DNA from: Pseudodesulfovibrio mercurii | Lineage (GTDB): Bacteria > Desulfobacterota > Desulfovibrionia > Desulfovibrionales > Desulfovibrionaceae | Reading direction: 5' to 3' | DNA: 32,000 nt | NCBI RefSeq assembly: GCF_000189295.2 | Contig: NC_016803.1 | Coordinates: forward strand, 330,001-362,000 | Shown here: in pieces, positions 16,989 to 26,236 of the stretch | Position numbering within the stretch: the stretch's first letter is position 1 | How the letters are laid out: each line of letters begins with the position of its first letter | Translations under genes and position numbers: made by a program | Notes under the pieces: generated by a model | What the model saw: only the letters and a program-made list of their open reading frames with translations | Told to the model about the DNA's origin: nothing | Database searches by the model: none

Positions 16989-17771
16989 ATGCTGCTGGCA
17001 TTTCCCTACATGCACCCCGAACTGTGGTCCGGTGACGACCTCGACGGGCTGACCTTTTTCGATCCCGGCCTGACCGACGAGCCGGCCCCCCACGCCTTCC
17101 GGCCCGAGGGGCTGCCTCTCGATCCCCGGACGGCCAGGGCGCTGATCAACGACTCCATCCATTTCGGCGAGCAGTTCAAGGACCCGGCCGAGATGGCCTA
17201 TTTCGGGGCCATCACCGCCAACGACTTCTACGAGGGGTCGTCCATGTCCATCCAGGCCCAGCTGTCGCGCCAGTTCGACGACGGGCAGGGCACCAAGCAG
17301 GAGCGCGAGGCCCGCGATGCCCGCTCCAAGGCCCAGTTCGTGCTGCTCCTGGCCTGGACCTTCGAGGAGCGCATCCTCGAACTGGTCGGGCTGGAAGAGG
17401 GCATCCGGAACGGCTGGGACGCCATGGACCGGTCCATCGGCGTGGACGAGGAGGACAGCCTGGGTGAGCGGGAGACCGTCCTGGGCGAGACCCTGAGCCA
17501 CACCGGGGGCACTTCCGACGGCCAGGAGATCCAGCTGCCCTGGCAGCGGGTGGTGGAGTCCCTGCCCGCGTTCCTGCCCGAGGGCGCGGAGCTGGTCTGC
17601 GCCGATCCCGAGATCTTCGAGGTCTGGGAGGAGTTCGGCCTTTCCTTCGAGGAAGGAGAGGACGGACTGCACAGGGCCACGGCCCCGGCCTGGAAGTTCG
17701 GCTGCCGCCGCCGCCCCCCCGAGGGGCTGCCCGCCGCGTTGCAGGAACTGACCGTCGCAATTCTCAAGTAA
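16989..17771 (+). CDS. Acidic hypothetical protein (260 aa)
   Basis: AAGGAGAG lies 5 nt upstream of ATG 16989. Composition is protein-like (Asp/Glu-rich, balanced hydrophobics). I recognise no family. Confidence 0.65.
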   Translation: MLLAFPYMHPELWSGDDLDGLTFFDPGLTDEPAPHAFRPEGLPLDPRTARALINDSIHFGEQFKDPAEMAYFGAITANDFYEGSSMSIQAQLSRQFDDGQGTKQEREARDARSKAQFVLLLAWTFEERILELVGLEEGIRNGWDAMDRSIGVDEEDSLGERETVLGETLSHTGGTSDGQEIQLPWQRVVESLPAFLPEGAELVCADPEIFEVWEEFGLSFEEGEDGLHRATAPAWKFGCRRRPPEGLPAALQELTVAILK

Positions 17772-17787
17772 GCCACCGGAGCATTTC

Positions 17788-18468
17788 ATGGCGATCGCCA
17801 ACTCCCTGATGAACCCCCGTCTGGTCGAGGGCCTCAAGACCATCGTCTTCGACAACGACGGGGTGCTGATCGATTCGTATGAGGCCAACATGGTCTATTA
17901 CGGCACCATCCGCAGCGAACTGGGCCTGGGGCCCATGACCGAGGCGGAGAAATACTACGTGCACACCCGGACCCACGAAGAGGCCGTGCGCCACATCGTG
18001 CCCGCGGACAGGCTGGAACAGGCCTTCGCCATCGGCCGGACCATGAACCAGGCGGACCTGGCTCCGTACTTCAAGCGCTCTGACGGCATCCGCGAATTCC
18101 TGTGGTGGCTGCGCGCGGCCGGGTTCCAACTGGCCGTGAACACCAGCCGGGGCGAGTCCATGAACCTGGTCCTCAAGCTCACGGACCTGGAGGGCTTCTT
18201 CCACCCGGTGATCACCTCCTGCGTGGTCAGCAAGCCCAAGCCGCACCCCGAGGGGCTGTACCGGATCATGGAGGCGCACGGCGTGCGTCCGGACGAGGTG
18301 GCCTACATCGGGGATTCCGTGGTGGACCAGCGGGCGGCCCAGGCCGCGGGGGTGCGCTTCTGGGCCTATCGGGACCCGGCCCTGGACGCCGAGGTCCACG
18401 TGGAGGATTTCTGGTCCATCCGGGCGGCCATGCAGCGCTGCTACAAAGGGTGTGCTCCCGCGTTTTAG
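17788..18468 (+). CDS. HAD-superfamily hydrolase (phosphoglycolate phosphatase-like, subfamily IA)
   Basis: HAD motifs are present: motif I IVFDNDGVLIDS, motif II AVNTSR, motif III/IV KPKPHPEG...YIGDSVVDQRAAQAAG. Confidence 0.85.
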   Translation: MAIANSLMNPRLVEGLKTIVFDNDGVLIDSYEANMVYYGTIRSELGLGPMTEAEKYYVHTRTHEEAVRHIVPADRLEQAFAIGRTMNQADLAPYFKRSDGIREFLWWLRAAGFQLAVNTSRGESMNLVLKLTDLEGFFHPVITSCVVSKPKPHPEGLYRIMEAHGVRPDEVAYIGDSVVDQRAAQAAGVRFWAYRDPALDAEVHVEDFWSIRAAMQRCYKGCAPAF

Positions 18469-18553
18469 GACTTGATTCTTGCATTCCCGTGTGCGAAATT
18501 ACCAACATTGATACTAATCGCCGGTGCTTTGCGCCGCGCCGTCTGGAGGCCTC

Positions 18554-18862
18554 ATGGACTTGATTGTCCAAGCAATCGCTACCGTTCTCGACATCGTTCT
18601 CACCGCCTACTTTTGGGTCGTCATCATATCCGCTCTCCTCTCCTGGGTGAACCCGGACCCGTACAATCCCATCGTTCGTTTTCTGCGCGGCATCACGGAA
18701 CCGGTCTTCTACAAGATCCGCACCTGGATTCCCTTTGCCGTGGTCGGCGGCTTCGACCTCTCGCCCATCGTGGTCCTGCTGGCCATCAAGGTCTGCCAGA
18801 TAGTGGTCGTGGGAAACCTCCTGCGGCTGGCCTATTCCATGGGTTCCGGCATGTCCATGTAG
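18554..18862 (+). CDS. yggT: YggT family membrane protein
   Basis: MDLIVQAIATVLDIVLTAYFWVVIISALLSWVNPDPYNPIVRFLRGITEPVFYKIR...DLSPIVVLLAI is the YggT signature. GGAGG lies 4 nt upstream of ATG 18554. Confidence 0.85.
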   Translation: MDLIVQAIATVLDIVLTAYFWVVIISALLSWVNPDPYNPIVRFLRGITEPVFYKIRTWIPFAVVGGFDLSPIVVLLAIKVCQIVVVGNLLRLAYSMGSGMSM

Positions 18863-18884
18863 CCCTTTGACAAGGAGGACCGAG

Positions 18885-19388
18885 GTGACCGTTTCCAAGA
18901 TCGATTTGCTCAACAAGCAGTTTTCGCGCAGCCTGCTCGGCTATTCCCGTGTGGAGGTCGATCAGTTCATGCTCGAACTGGCCGAGGTCCTGGGTGACGC
19001 GGCCGACGCACAGAAAGGCATGCGCAAGAAGATCAAGCGGTTGGAGAGCTCGCTCAAGGAGTACCGGCTGCGCGACGAGACCCTGCGGGACACCCTCATG
19101 TCCACCCAGAAGATGGTTGACGACCTCAAGGTGGCGGCCGGGCGCGAGGCCCAGCTGATCCTGGACGAGGCGCGCGCCAAGGCCGACGACACCGTGCGCA
19201 AGGGGCACAACCGGCTGGCGCAGATTCACGAGGAGATCGAATCCCTGAAGCGGACCAGGACCCAATTCGAGGTCCAGCTCAAGGGCATGCTCAACGCGCA
19301 TCTGGAGATGCTCGAGCGCAGCGACCCCGAGCGGGACAAGGTCGAGGAGATCGAGTCCAAGCTCAAGTACCTGAAGAAGGCGGAGTAG
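18885..19388 (+). CDS. DivIVA domain-containing protein
   Basis: VSKIDLLNKQFSRSLLGYSRVEVDQFMLELAEVL... is a DivIVA N-terminal lipid-binding motif followed by coiled coil. GTG 18885 has AAGGAGG 6 nt upstream. The TTG at 18867 in the track lacks an RBS. Confidence 0.85.
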   Translation: MTVSKIDLLNKQFSRSLLGYSRVEVDQFMLELAEVLGDAADAQKGMRKKIKRLESSLKEYRLRDETLRDTLMSTQKMVDDLKVAAGREAQLILDEARAKADDTVRKGHNRLAQIHEEIESLKRTRTQFEVQLKGMLNAHLEMLERSDPERDKVEEIESKLKYLKKAE

Positions 19389-19409
19389 GGGGCGCGTATT
19401 TCACGGCCG

Positions 19410-19706
19410 GTGTTCGTTTCCGAGCGGGAGTCGGGATGGGCTCTCGACGTCTGGGCCCAGCCGGGCGCCAGGAAGGACGAGGTCGCCGGCGAGTACCAGG
19501 GGTGCCTGAAGGTTCGACTCAGGGCCCCGGCGGTGGACAACAAGGCCAACAAGGGGTTGGTCGCGTACATCGCCCGTTTGTTGCAGTTGAAAAAAAGCCA
19601 GGTGGAGATCGTGTCCGGCCACGCCAGCCGGAGGAAGCATCTGGCACTTAATACTGCGGGCGAGCCGGACTGGGGAAGTCTTCTCTCAGGCAACGCACCG
19701 CAATAA
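19410..19706 (+). CDS. DUF167 (YggU) family protein
   Basis: ...LDVWAQPGARKDEVAGEYQGCLKVRLRAPAVDNKANKGLVAYIARLLQLKKSQVEIVSGHASRRK is the YggU signature (PxxGxAN..L). GTG start. Confidence 0.8.
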   Translation: MFVSERESGWALDVWAQPGARKDEVAGEYQGCLKVRLRAPAVDNKANKGLVAYIARLLQLKKSQVEIVSGHASRRKHLALNTAGEPDWGSLLSGNAPQ

Positions 19707-19726
19707 CTTGTAAAAAGGAGCAGCAC

Positions 19727-19957
19727 ATGGAAGCCAAGGACCTTGATCTCATTGAGAAGTACGGGGCCAGCGACACGCAACTCAAGGCGCTGTGGGACCA
19801 ACATATCAATTATGAGAAAATGCTGGATAAACTCGAGTCCAAGTCCTACCTTTCCCCCACGGAGATGCAGGAAATGAAGGAACTCAAGAAGAAGAAACTG
19901 GCGGGCAAGACCACCCTGTCGGCGCTGCTCGACAAATACCGCCAATTGGAGGCGTAG
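19727..19957 (+). CDS. DUF465 (YdcH-like) small coiled-coil protein
   Basis: MEAKDLDLIEKYGASDTQLKALWDQHINYEKMLDKLESKSYLSPTEMQEMKELKKKKLAGK... AAAGGAG RBS. The stop lies 3 nt before the ilvB ATG. Confidence 0.75.
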   Translation: MEAKDLDLIEKYGASDTQLKALWDQHINYEKMLDKLESKSYLSPTEMQEMKELKKKKLAGKTTLSALLDKYRQLEA

Positions 19958-19960
19958 CAA

Positions 19961-21652
19961 ATGAAGTTGACCGGGGCCCAGATCCTGCTGAAGTGTCTGG
20001 AAGCGGAAGGTGTTGATGTCATGTTCGGTTTCCCCGGGGGAGCCGTGATCGACATTTATGACGAGATCCCCAAGTCGTCCGTGGAGCACATCCTGGTGCG
20101 TCACGAGCAGGGCGCGATTCACGCCGCCGACGGTTACGCCCGGGCCACCGGCCGGGTAGGGGTATGCCTAGTCACCTCCGGCCCCGGAGCCACCAATACC
20201 GTAACCGGCATCGCCACGGCCTACGCCGATTCGATTCCGGTCGTCATTTTCACCGGTCAGGTGCCCCGGGCCCTGATCGGCAATGACGCCTTCCAGGAAG
20301 TGGACATCGTCGGCATCACCCGACCCTGTACCAAACACAACTACCTGGTCCATGACGTCAAGGACCTGGCCCGGATCGTCAAGCAGGCCTTCTACCTGGC
20401 CCGCACCGGACGGCCCGGCCCGGTGCTCGTGGACCTGCCCAAGGACATCCAGCAGCAGGTCACCGAGTTCAAGTACCCCGAAGAAGTGTCCATGCGCAGC
20501 TACAAGCCGACCAAGAGCCCGCACATCGGCCAGATCCGCAAGGTGGTCAAGCTGCTGCAAAAGGCCAAGCGCCCGCTGATCTACGCGGGCGGCGGGGTGA
20601 TCACCTCCGGTTCCCATGAGGAGCTGACCTGGCTCGGGCAGCAGCTGCACATCCCGGTGACCGCCACCCTCATGGGGCTGGGCGCGTTCCCGGGCGACGA
20701 CCCGCTGTTCCTGGGCATGCTCGGCATGCACGGCACCTACGCCGCCAACATGGCGGTGAACAACTGCGACCTGCTCCTGGCCGTGGGCGCGCGCTTCGAC
20801 GACCGCGTCACCGGCAAGGTGGACACCTTCGCGCCCAACGCGACCATCGTGCATATCGACGTGGACCCGACCTCCATCCAGAAGAACGTCTCGGTCCAGG
20901 TGCCCCTGGTGGCGGACTGCAAGTCCGCCCTGGCCGCGCTCAAGACCGAGACCGAGGGGACCCTCGATACGTTCGACTGGGCCGCCGACCACCAGCCGTG
21001 GGTGGACAAGGTCCAGGGCTGGATGCAGGAGCATCCGCTGACCTACAAGGACGACACCGACGGCATCAAGCCCCAGTACGTGGTCGAGAAAATTTACGAA
21101 ATCACCAAGGGTGACGCCATCATCGCCACCGAGGTGGGCCAGAACCAGATGTGGGCGGCCCAGTTCTACAAGTACAACCGTCCGAACACGTTGCTGACCT
21201 CCGGCGGCCTGGGCACCATGGGCTACGGCTTCCCCGCGGCCATGGGCGCGCAACGCGCCTTCCCGGACAAGCTGGTCATCGACATCGCGGGCGACGGCTC
21301 CATCCAGATGTGCATCCAGGAGATGATGACCGTGGTCTGCAACAAGCTGCCGGTCAAGATCGTCATCCTGAACAACGGCTACCTCGGCATGGTCCGGCAG
21401 TGGCAGGAACTCTTCTACGAGAAGAACTACTGCGCCACCTGCATGGACGCCCAGCCCGACTTCGTCAAGCTGGCCGAGGCCTACGGGGCCGCCGGTTTCC
21501 GCGTGACAGAGAAGAAGGACGTGGAGAAGACCCTGCGCGAGGCCTTCAAGCTGGACAAGCCGGTCATCGTGGACATCCGCGTGGAAAAGGAAGAAAACGT
21601 CTACCCCATGGTCCCGGCCGGAGCGTCGCTGACCGAGATGCTGTTGGTTTAG
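19961..21652 (+). CDS. ilvB: Acetolactate synthase, large (catalytic) subunit, biosynthetic type
   Basis: 563 aa: [34 protein letters not shown]...[17 protein letters not shown]...[12 protein letters not shown]...[14 protein letters not shown] (ThDP-binding motif). Confidence 0.96.
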   Translation: MKLTGAQILLKCLEAEGVDVMFGFPGGAVIDIYDEIPKSSVEHILVRHEQGAIHAADGYARATGRVGVCLVTSGPGATNTVTGIATAYADSIPVVIFTGQVPRALIGNDAFQEVDIVGITRPCTKHNYLVHDVKDLARIVKQAFYLARTGRPGPVLVDLPKDIQQQVTEFKYPEEVSMRSYKPTKSPHIGQIRKVVKLLQKAKRPLIYAGGGVITSGSHEELTWLGQQLHIPVTATLMGLGAFPGDDPLFLGMLGMHGTYAANMAVNNCDLLLAVGARFDDRVTGKVDTFAPNATIVHIDVDPTSIQKNVSVQVPLVADCKSALAALKTETEGTLDTFDWAADHQPWVDKVQGWMQEHPLTYKDDTDGIKPQYVVEKIYEITKGDAIIATEVGQNQMWAAQFYKYNRPNTLLTSGGLGTMGYGFPAAMGAQRAFPDKLVIDIAGDGSIQMCIQEMMTVVCNKLPVKIVILNNGYLGMVRQWQELFYEKNYCATCMDAQPDFVKLAEAYGAAGFRVTEKKDVEKTLREAFKLDKPVIVDIRVEKEENVYPMVPAGASLTEMLLV

Positions 21653-21661
21653 GAGGCCGTG

Positions 21662-22153
21662 ATGAGCAAGCATACACTTTCCGTGATGGTTGAAAACGAA
21701 CCGGGCGTCCTGTCCCGTGTGGCCGGGCTCTTTTCCGGCCGCGGCTTCAACATCTATTCCCTGAACGTTGCCCCGACCCTGGAGAAGGGCGTCTCCCTCA
21801 TGACCATCGTGGCCGAGGGCGACGACGCCATCGTCGAGCAGATCGTCAAGCAGCTTCGCAAGCTGATTCCCACCATCAAAGTCAAGGATCTCACCGAACT
21901 GAAGTCCGTCGAGCGCGAAATGGTCCTGCTCAAGGTCAATGCCGAGGATTCAAAACGCGCGGAGATCCTGCGTATTGTTGACATCTTCAGGTGCAAGGTT
22001 GTAGACGTGAGCGTCGATGAGCTGACCATCGAAGTGACGGGCGACCAGGGCAAGATCGGCGCCCTCGTCAATCTGCTCACCCGGTTCGGCATCAAGGAAA
22101 TCGCCCGCACCGGCAATGTCGCCATGCGGCGCTCCATGCAGATCGACCTATAA
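21662..22153 (+). CDS. ilvN: Acetolactate synthase, small (regulatory) subunit
   Basis: MSKHTLSVMVENEPGVLSRVAGLFSGRGFNIYSLNVAPT... shows an ACT domain plus the ALS_ss_C region. AGGAGG lies 5 nt upstream of ATG 21662 (GTG 21659 is too close to it). Confidence 0.93.
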   Translation: MSKHTLSVMVENEPGVLSRVAGLFSGRGFNIYSLNVAPTLEKGVSLMTIVAEGDDAIVEQIVKQLRKLIPTIKVKDLTELKSVEREMVLLKVNAEDSKRAEILRIVDIFRCKVVDVSVDELTIEVTGDQGKIGALVNLLTRFGIKEIARTGNVAMRRSMQIDL

Positions 22154-23263
<1,110 letters not shown>

Positions 23264-23286
23264 GCTCGCCTGCCAAGGCTGTTCAA

Positions 23287-23318
23287 GGGCGGTCCCGTCG
23301 GGGACCGCCCTTTTTTTT
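23287..23318 (+). terminator. Rho-independent terminator of the ilv operon
   Basis: GGGCGGTCCC-gtcg-GGGACCGCCC (perfect 10-bp stem) followed by T8. Confidence 0.9.
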
Positions 23319-23548
23319 CGGGACCGGGTCGCCTGGCGTCCCGCCCGCCGGAAGGGATTCCGTTTCTTCAACGGACAGAGCGTGTTGCGCGGGACGGCGG
23401 GAAAGGGAGGGCAAGGGCGGCGGGCGGCGGTTTTGCCGCCTGGGGACCGAGGCTGCAATTGTCACATTTTTTCCCGTGGATTTCCCTTGACCCACGGAGC
23501 GAAGGTGCATAGTGCTCGCTGCTCGAATTTCATTTTGAGGGTGAGACT

Positions 23549-24121
23549 ATGACTATGGATGTCCTGTTCCTCGGGCTGGTCATCTTCCTCCTGGAAGTGA
23601 TGGCCCTGACCATCGGTACCGTGCGGACCATCGTGACCATGCTCGGCGAGTCGCGGGCGGCCTTTTACCTGGGCTGCCTGGAGATGACCCTGTGGGTCTT
23701 CGGCACCTCGGCGGTCATGACCAAGGTCGGCGACACGCCGGTGCTCGGGCTGTTCTACGCGGTGGGCTTCGCCGCAGGCAACGTGATCGGCATCCTGGCC
23801 GAGAAGAAGCTGGCGCTCGGCAACGTGGTGGTGCGCATCATCAGCGCCCGCAAGGGCGTGGACATCGCCCTGGCCGTGCGCCGGGCCGGGTTCATGATCA
23901 CCACCGTGGCCGGGGAGGGCTCCGAGGGCGCGGTCACGGTCCAGTTCGTGGTCTGCAAGCGCAAGGACATGAAGCTCGTCCTGGCCGAGGCGCGGCGCAT
24001 CGATCCCGAGCTTTTCTACACCTTCGAGACCGCGGGCGGGGCCAGCGAGGTGCCGAGCCCCAGCTCCAGTCGCATGGACAGGCTCCTTCGGCCCATCCGC
24101 CGACTCGTCCCGCAGTTCTAG
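23549..24121 (+). CDS. UPF0316/DUF2179 family membrane protein
   Basis: Three N-terminal hydrophobic helices, then VVRIISARKGVDIALAVRRAGFMITTVAGEGSEGAVTVQFVVCKRKDMKLVL..., a DUF2179-like soluble domain. GAGG lies 8 nt upstream. Confidence 0.7.
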   Translation: MTMDVLFLGLVIFLLEVMALTIGTVRTIVTMLGESRAAFYLGCLEMTLWVFGTSAVMTKVGDTPVLGLFYAVGFAAGNVIGILAEKKLALGNVVVRIISARKGVDIALAVRRAGFMITTVAGEGSEGAVTVQFVVCKRKDMKLVLAEARRIDPELFYTFETAGGASEVPSPSSSRMDRLLRPIRRLVPQF

Positions 24122-24124
24122 CTG

Positions 24125-24901
24125 CTAGGGGGCGTCTCCGGCCGCGTTGTGGCCGTGCAGGGCCGCGCCCAGGGCGCCCATGTGGTCCGGCATGTCCGGG
24201 ACCAGGATGTCCCGGCCGATCTCGCCGCCGATGGACTCGGCCAGCAGGGCCAGGACGCAGGGGTTGTTGGCCACGCCCCCGGTGAAGACCAGGGGGAAGT
24301 TGAGGCCCACCCGGCGGAGCATGTTGGCGGTGCGTTTGACGATGGCCCTGTGCAGGCCCAGCGCGATGGCCTCGGGCCGCTCCCCGCGCGCCATGAGCGA
24401 GGTGGCCTCGGTCTCGGCGAAGACCGTGCAGATGGAGCTGATTTCGGGCGGGTTCTCGCCCTTGAGGGCGTATGGCCCGAACTCCTCCACCGGGATCTGA
24501 AAGACCCCGGCCGTGTATTCCAGAAACTTGCCCGTGCCGGCCGCGCAGCGGTCGTTCATCTCGAATTTCAAGACCTTGCCGTCCGCCAGGGACATGGCCT
24601 TGGTGTCCTGCCCGCCGATGTCCAGCACGGTGCGCGCCTCGGGGAAGCGGTGCGCCGCGCCCAGGGCGTGGGCCTTGATCTCGGTGATGGTTGTGCAGAC
24701 GCAGCCCAGGTCCAGGCGCTGGATGAGATTGCGTCCGTAGCCGGTCCCGACCAAGGAGGCGGGGCGCAATCCATCCAGCAGTCTGAAACACTGGGACACC
24801 GGATCGAAGGTGGTCGGCAGCTTGCGCGAATCCGCCACCTCGCCGTCCTTGAGGACGACCAGTTCTATGGAACGTGATCCTATGTCCAGGCCCGCGATCA
24901 T
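24125..24901 (-). CDS. ATP-dependent [4Fe-4S] activase/reductase of the BcrAD_BadFG (HgdC) family
   Basis: MIAGLDIGSRSIELVVL...VGTGYGR...LDIGGQDTKAM...NDRCAAGTGKFLE...SSICTVFAETE...VFTGGVANN shows ASKHA ATPase motifs and the two cluster-bridging Cys of HgdC-type activases. The ATG at 24901 overlaps the upstream stop (ATGA). The rest of ORF 24125..25402 is out-of-frame overlap. Confidence 0.88.
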   Translation of the reverse strand: MIAGLDIGSRSIELVVLKDGEVADSRKLPTTFDPVSQCFRLLDGLRPASLVGTGYGRNLIQRLDLGCVCTTITEIKAHALGAAHRFPEARTVLDIGGQDTKAMSLADGKVLKFEMNDRCAAGTGKFLEYTAGVFQIPVEEFGPYALKGENPPEISSICTVFAETEATSLMARGERPEAIALGLHRAIVKRTANMLRRVGLNFPLVFTGGVANNPCVLALLAESIGGEIGRDILVPDMPDHMGALGAALHGHNAAGDAP

Positions 24902-26175
24902 GCAAGGGTCTCCACAAAGGCCTCGATGCGCGTCTTGAGCTGTTCCACGTCCTCCATGGAGTAGTCGGTCTCGATGGAGAGCATGGGGATGCCCTCGGCC
25001 TGCAGGGTCTTGTCCACCTTGAGGGACTCGTGGGTGTACGGCTGGCAGAAGAGCAGGCTGTAGTGGATCACGCCGTCCGCCTTGAGGTCCCTGGCCAGGG
25101 CGGTGATGTGGTCCAGCCGCTCGTGGTTGGGGGTGAAGCAGGCGCAGTCGATCTTCATGTAGCGGTCGGCGATGGCGTCGATCATCTCCTCCAGGGTCTC
25201 GCCCGACTCGTCCACCAGGTCCCGCGAGTTGCGGGTGCCGATGCACGATTCCTCGCCCACGATGACCGCGCCGGAGCTCTCCACCACGTAGGGCAGCTTC
25301 CAGTTGGGCACGGCCATGGGGCAGCCCGAGAGGAGCAGTCGGGGGGTGCCCGCCGGGGCCACGCCCTCGCCCGTCTTGATGCGCGCCTCCAGTTCGTCGC
25401 ACAGCTCGTTGATTTTGGCCGTGAACCGGATGGGGTCGTCGTAGAAGCTGATCTGGTTGATTAGCAGGGCGTCGCGCCCGGAGATGGGGGCCGGAGAGGC
25501 CGCGCGCAGGCTGGTCAGCCGTTGCAGGGCGCGCCGCCGGTTGTTGAGAATCTTAATCCCTTGCTTGAGCTTTTCGGCGGTGATGGTCCGGCCGGTCAGC
25601 TTCTCCACTTCCATCATGTAGCGCACGACCTCGGCCTTCCACAACTCGCGGGCGGCCTCGGACTTGGTCTGGGGCACCTCCATGACGTAGGTGGGGGCGA
25701 TCTCGTTGAAGGCCTCGTAGGCCTTTTTCTTGCCGTCGCAGGTGGTCTCGCCCACGATCATGTCCGTGGACTCGATGTACGGGCAGAGCTTGGCCAGCTT
25801 GAAGCCGATGAAGGACTTGATCAGGGCGCAGGTGTTGCGCGGGACCAGCTGTTCGGCCAGTTCGCTGCCCGCCTCGGCCCCGGCGCACAGGCCCACGTGC
25901 ACGGCGTCGGCGGCCAGGGTGATCTCCTCGGGCACGAAGACGCAGAAGGAGCCGACCACCTTGCGCCCCTCGGCCTTGGCGTCCTGGATCTCCCTGATGC
26001 GCAGCCCGTGCACCTCAGAAAGGACGAAATCAAGGTATTCCGCTCCCTTCAGGCGGTTTTCCTGGGACAGGTAGATGTCCCCGTAGAATTTGCCGAGCAC
26101 CTCGAGCAGGCCGTCGTGCGCTTCGAGGTCCATATTCAGTTTTTCCCACATGGCGTGGTGCGTGTTTTCGGACAT
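24898..26175 (-). CDS. 2-hydroxyacyl-CoA dehydratase / benzoyl-CoA reductase BcrBC-fold protein, single subunit (double-cubane-cluster-protein-like)
   Basis: 425 aa with many Cys in conserved-looking contexts (GSFCVFVPEE, VGLCAG, RNTCALIKSF, GETTCDGKKK, LSGCPMAVP, EESCIGTRN, IDCACFTPN, LLFCQPY). GAGGGG lies 7 nt upstream of ATG 26175. It is translationally coupled to the activase. Confidence 0.8.
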   Translation of the reverse strand: MSENTHHAMWEKLNMDLEAHDGLLEVLGKFYGDIYLSQENRLKGAEYLDFVLSEVHGLRIREIQDAKAEGRKVVGSFCVFVPEEITLAADAVHVGLCAGAEAGSELAEQLVPRNTCALIKSFIGFKLAKLCPYIESTDMIVGETTCDGKKKAYEAFNEIAPTYVMEVPQTKSEAARELWKAEVVRYMMEVEKLTGRTITAEKLKQGIKILNNRRRALQRLTSLRAASPAPISGRDALLINQISFYDDPIRFTAKINELCDELEARIKTGEGVAPAGTPRLLLSGCPMAVPNWKLPYVVESSGAVIVGEESCIGTRNSRDLVDESGETLEEMIDAIADRYMKIDCACFTPNHERLDHITALARDLKADGVIHYSLLFCQPYTHESLKVDKTLQAEGIPMLSIETDYSMEDVEQLKTRIEAFVETLA

Positions 26176-26219
26176 AGATGTTCCCCTCTGGACCGGACGT
26201 TGTGGATTGACCGATTAAA

Positions 26220-26236
26220 TATTGATGTTATCAATA
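26220..26236. promoter_or_regulatory. Candidate operator palindrome TATTGAT-gtt-ATCAATA
   Basis: A perfect 7-3-7 inverted repeat lies 45-61 nt upstream of the dehydratase-like gene start, inside a strongly AT-rich intergenic island. The core TTGAT-N3-ATCAA is one nt shorter than an FNR/CRP-type box. Confidence 0.35.

Noticed and set aside
20168-21673. 501-aa minus-strand ORF. The same pattern applies to 22223..23458, 14277..15707, 9149..10612, 30911..31981, 2996..3904, 663..1817 and 24149..24877
   Set aside because: All are antisense or off-frame shadows of confidently identified genes (ilvB, ilvC, secreted protein/pgsA, beta-CASP nuclease, fdhE, gpmI, paaK, activase). They show the GC-bias amino-acid composition and no motifs.
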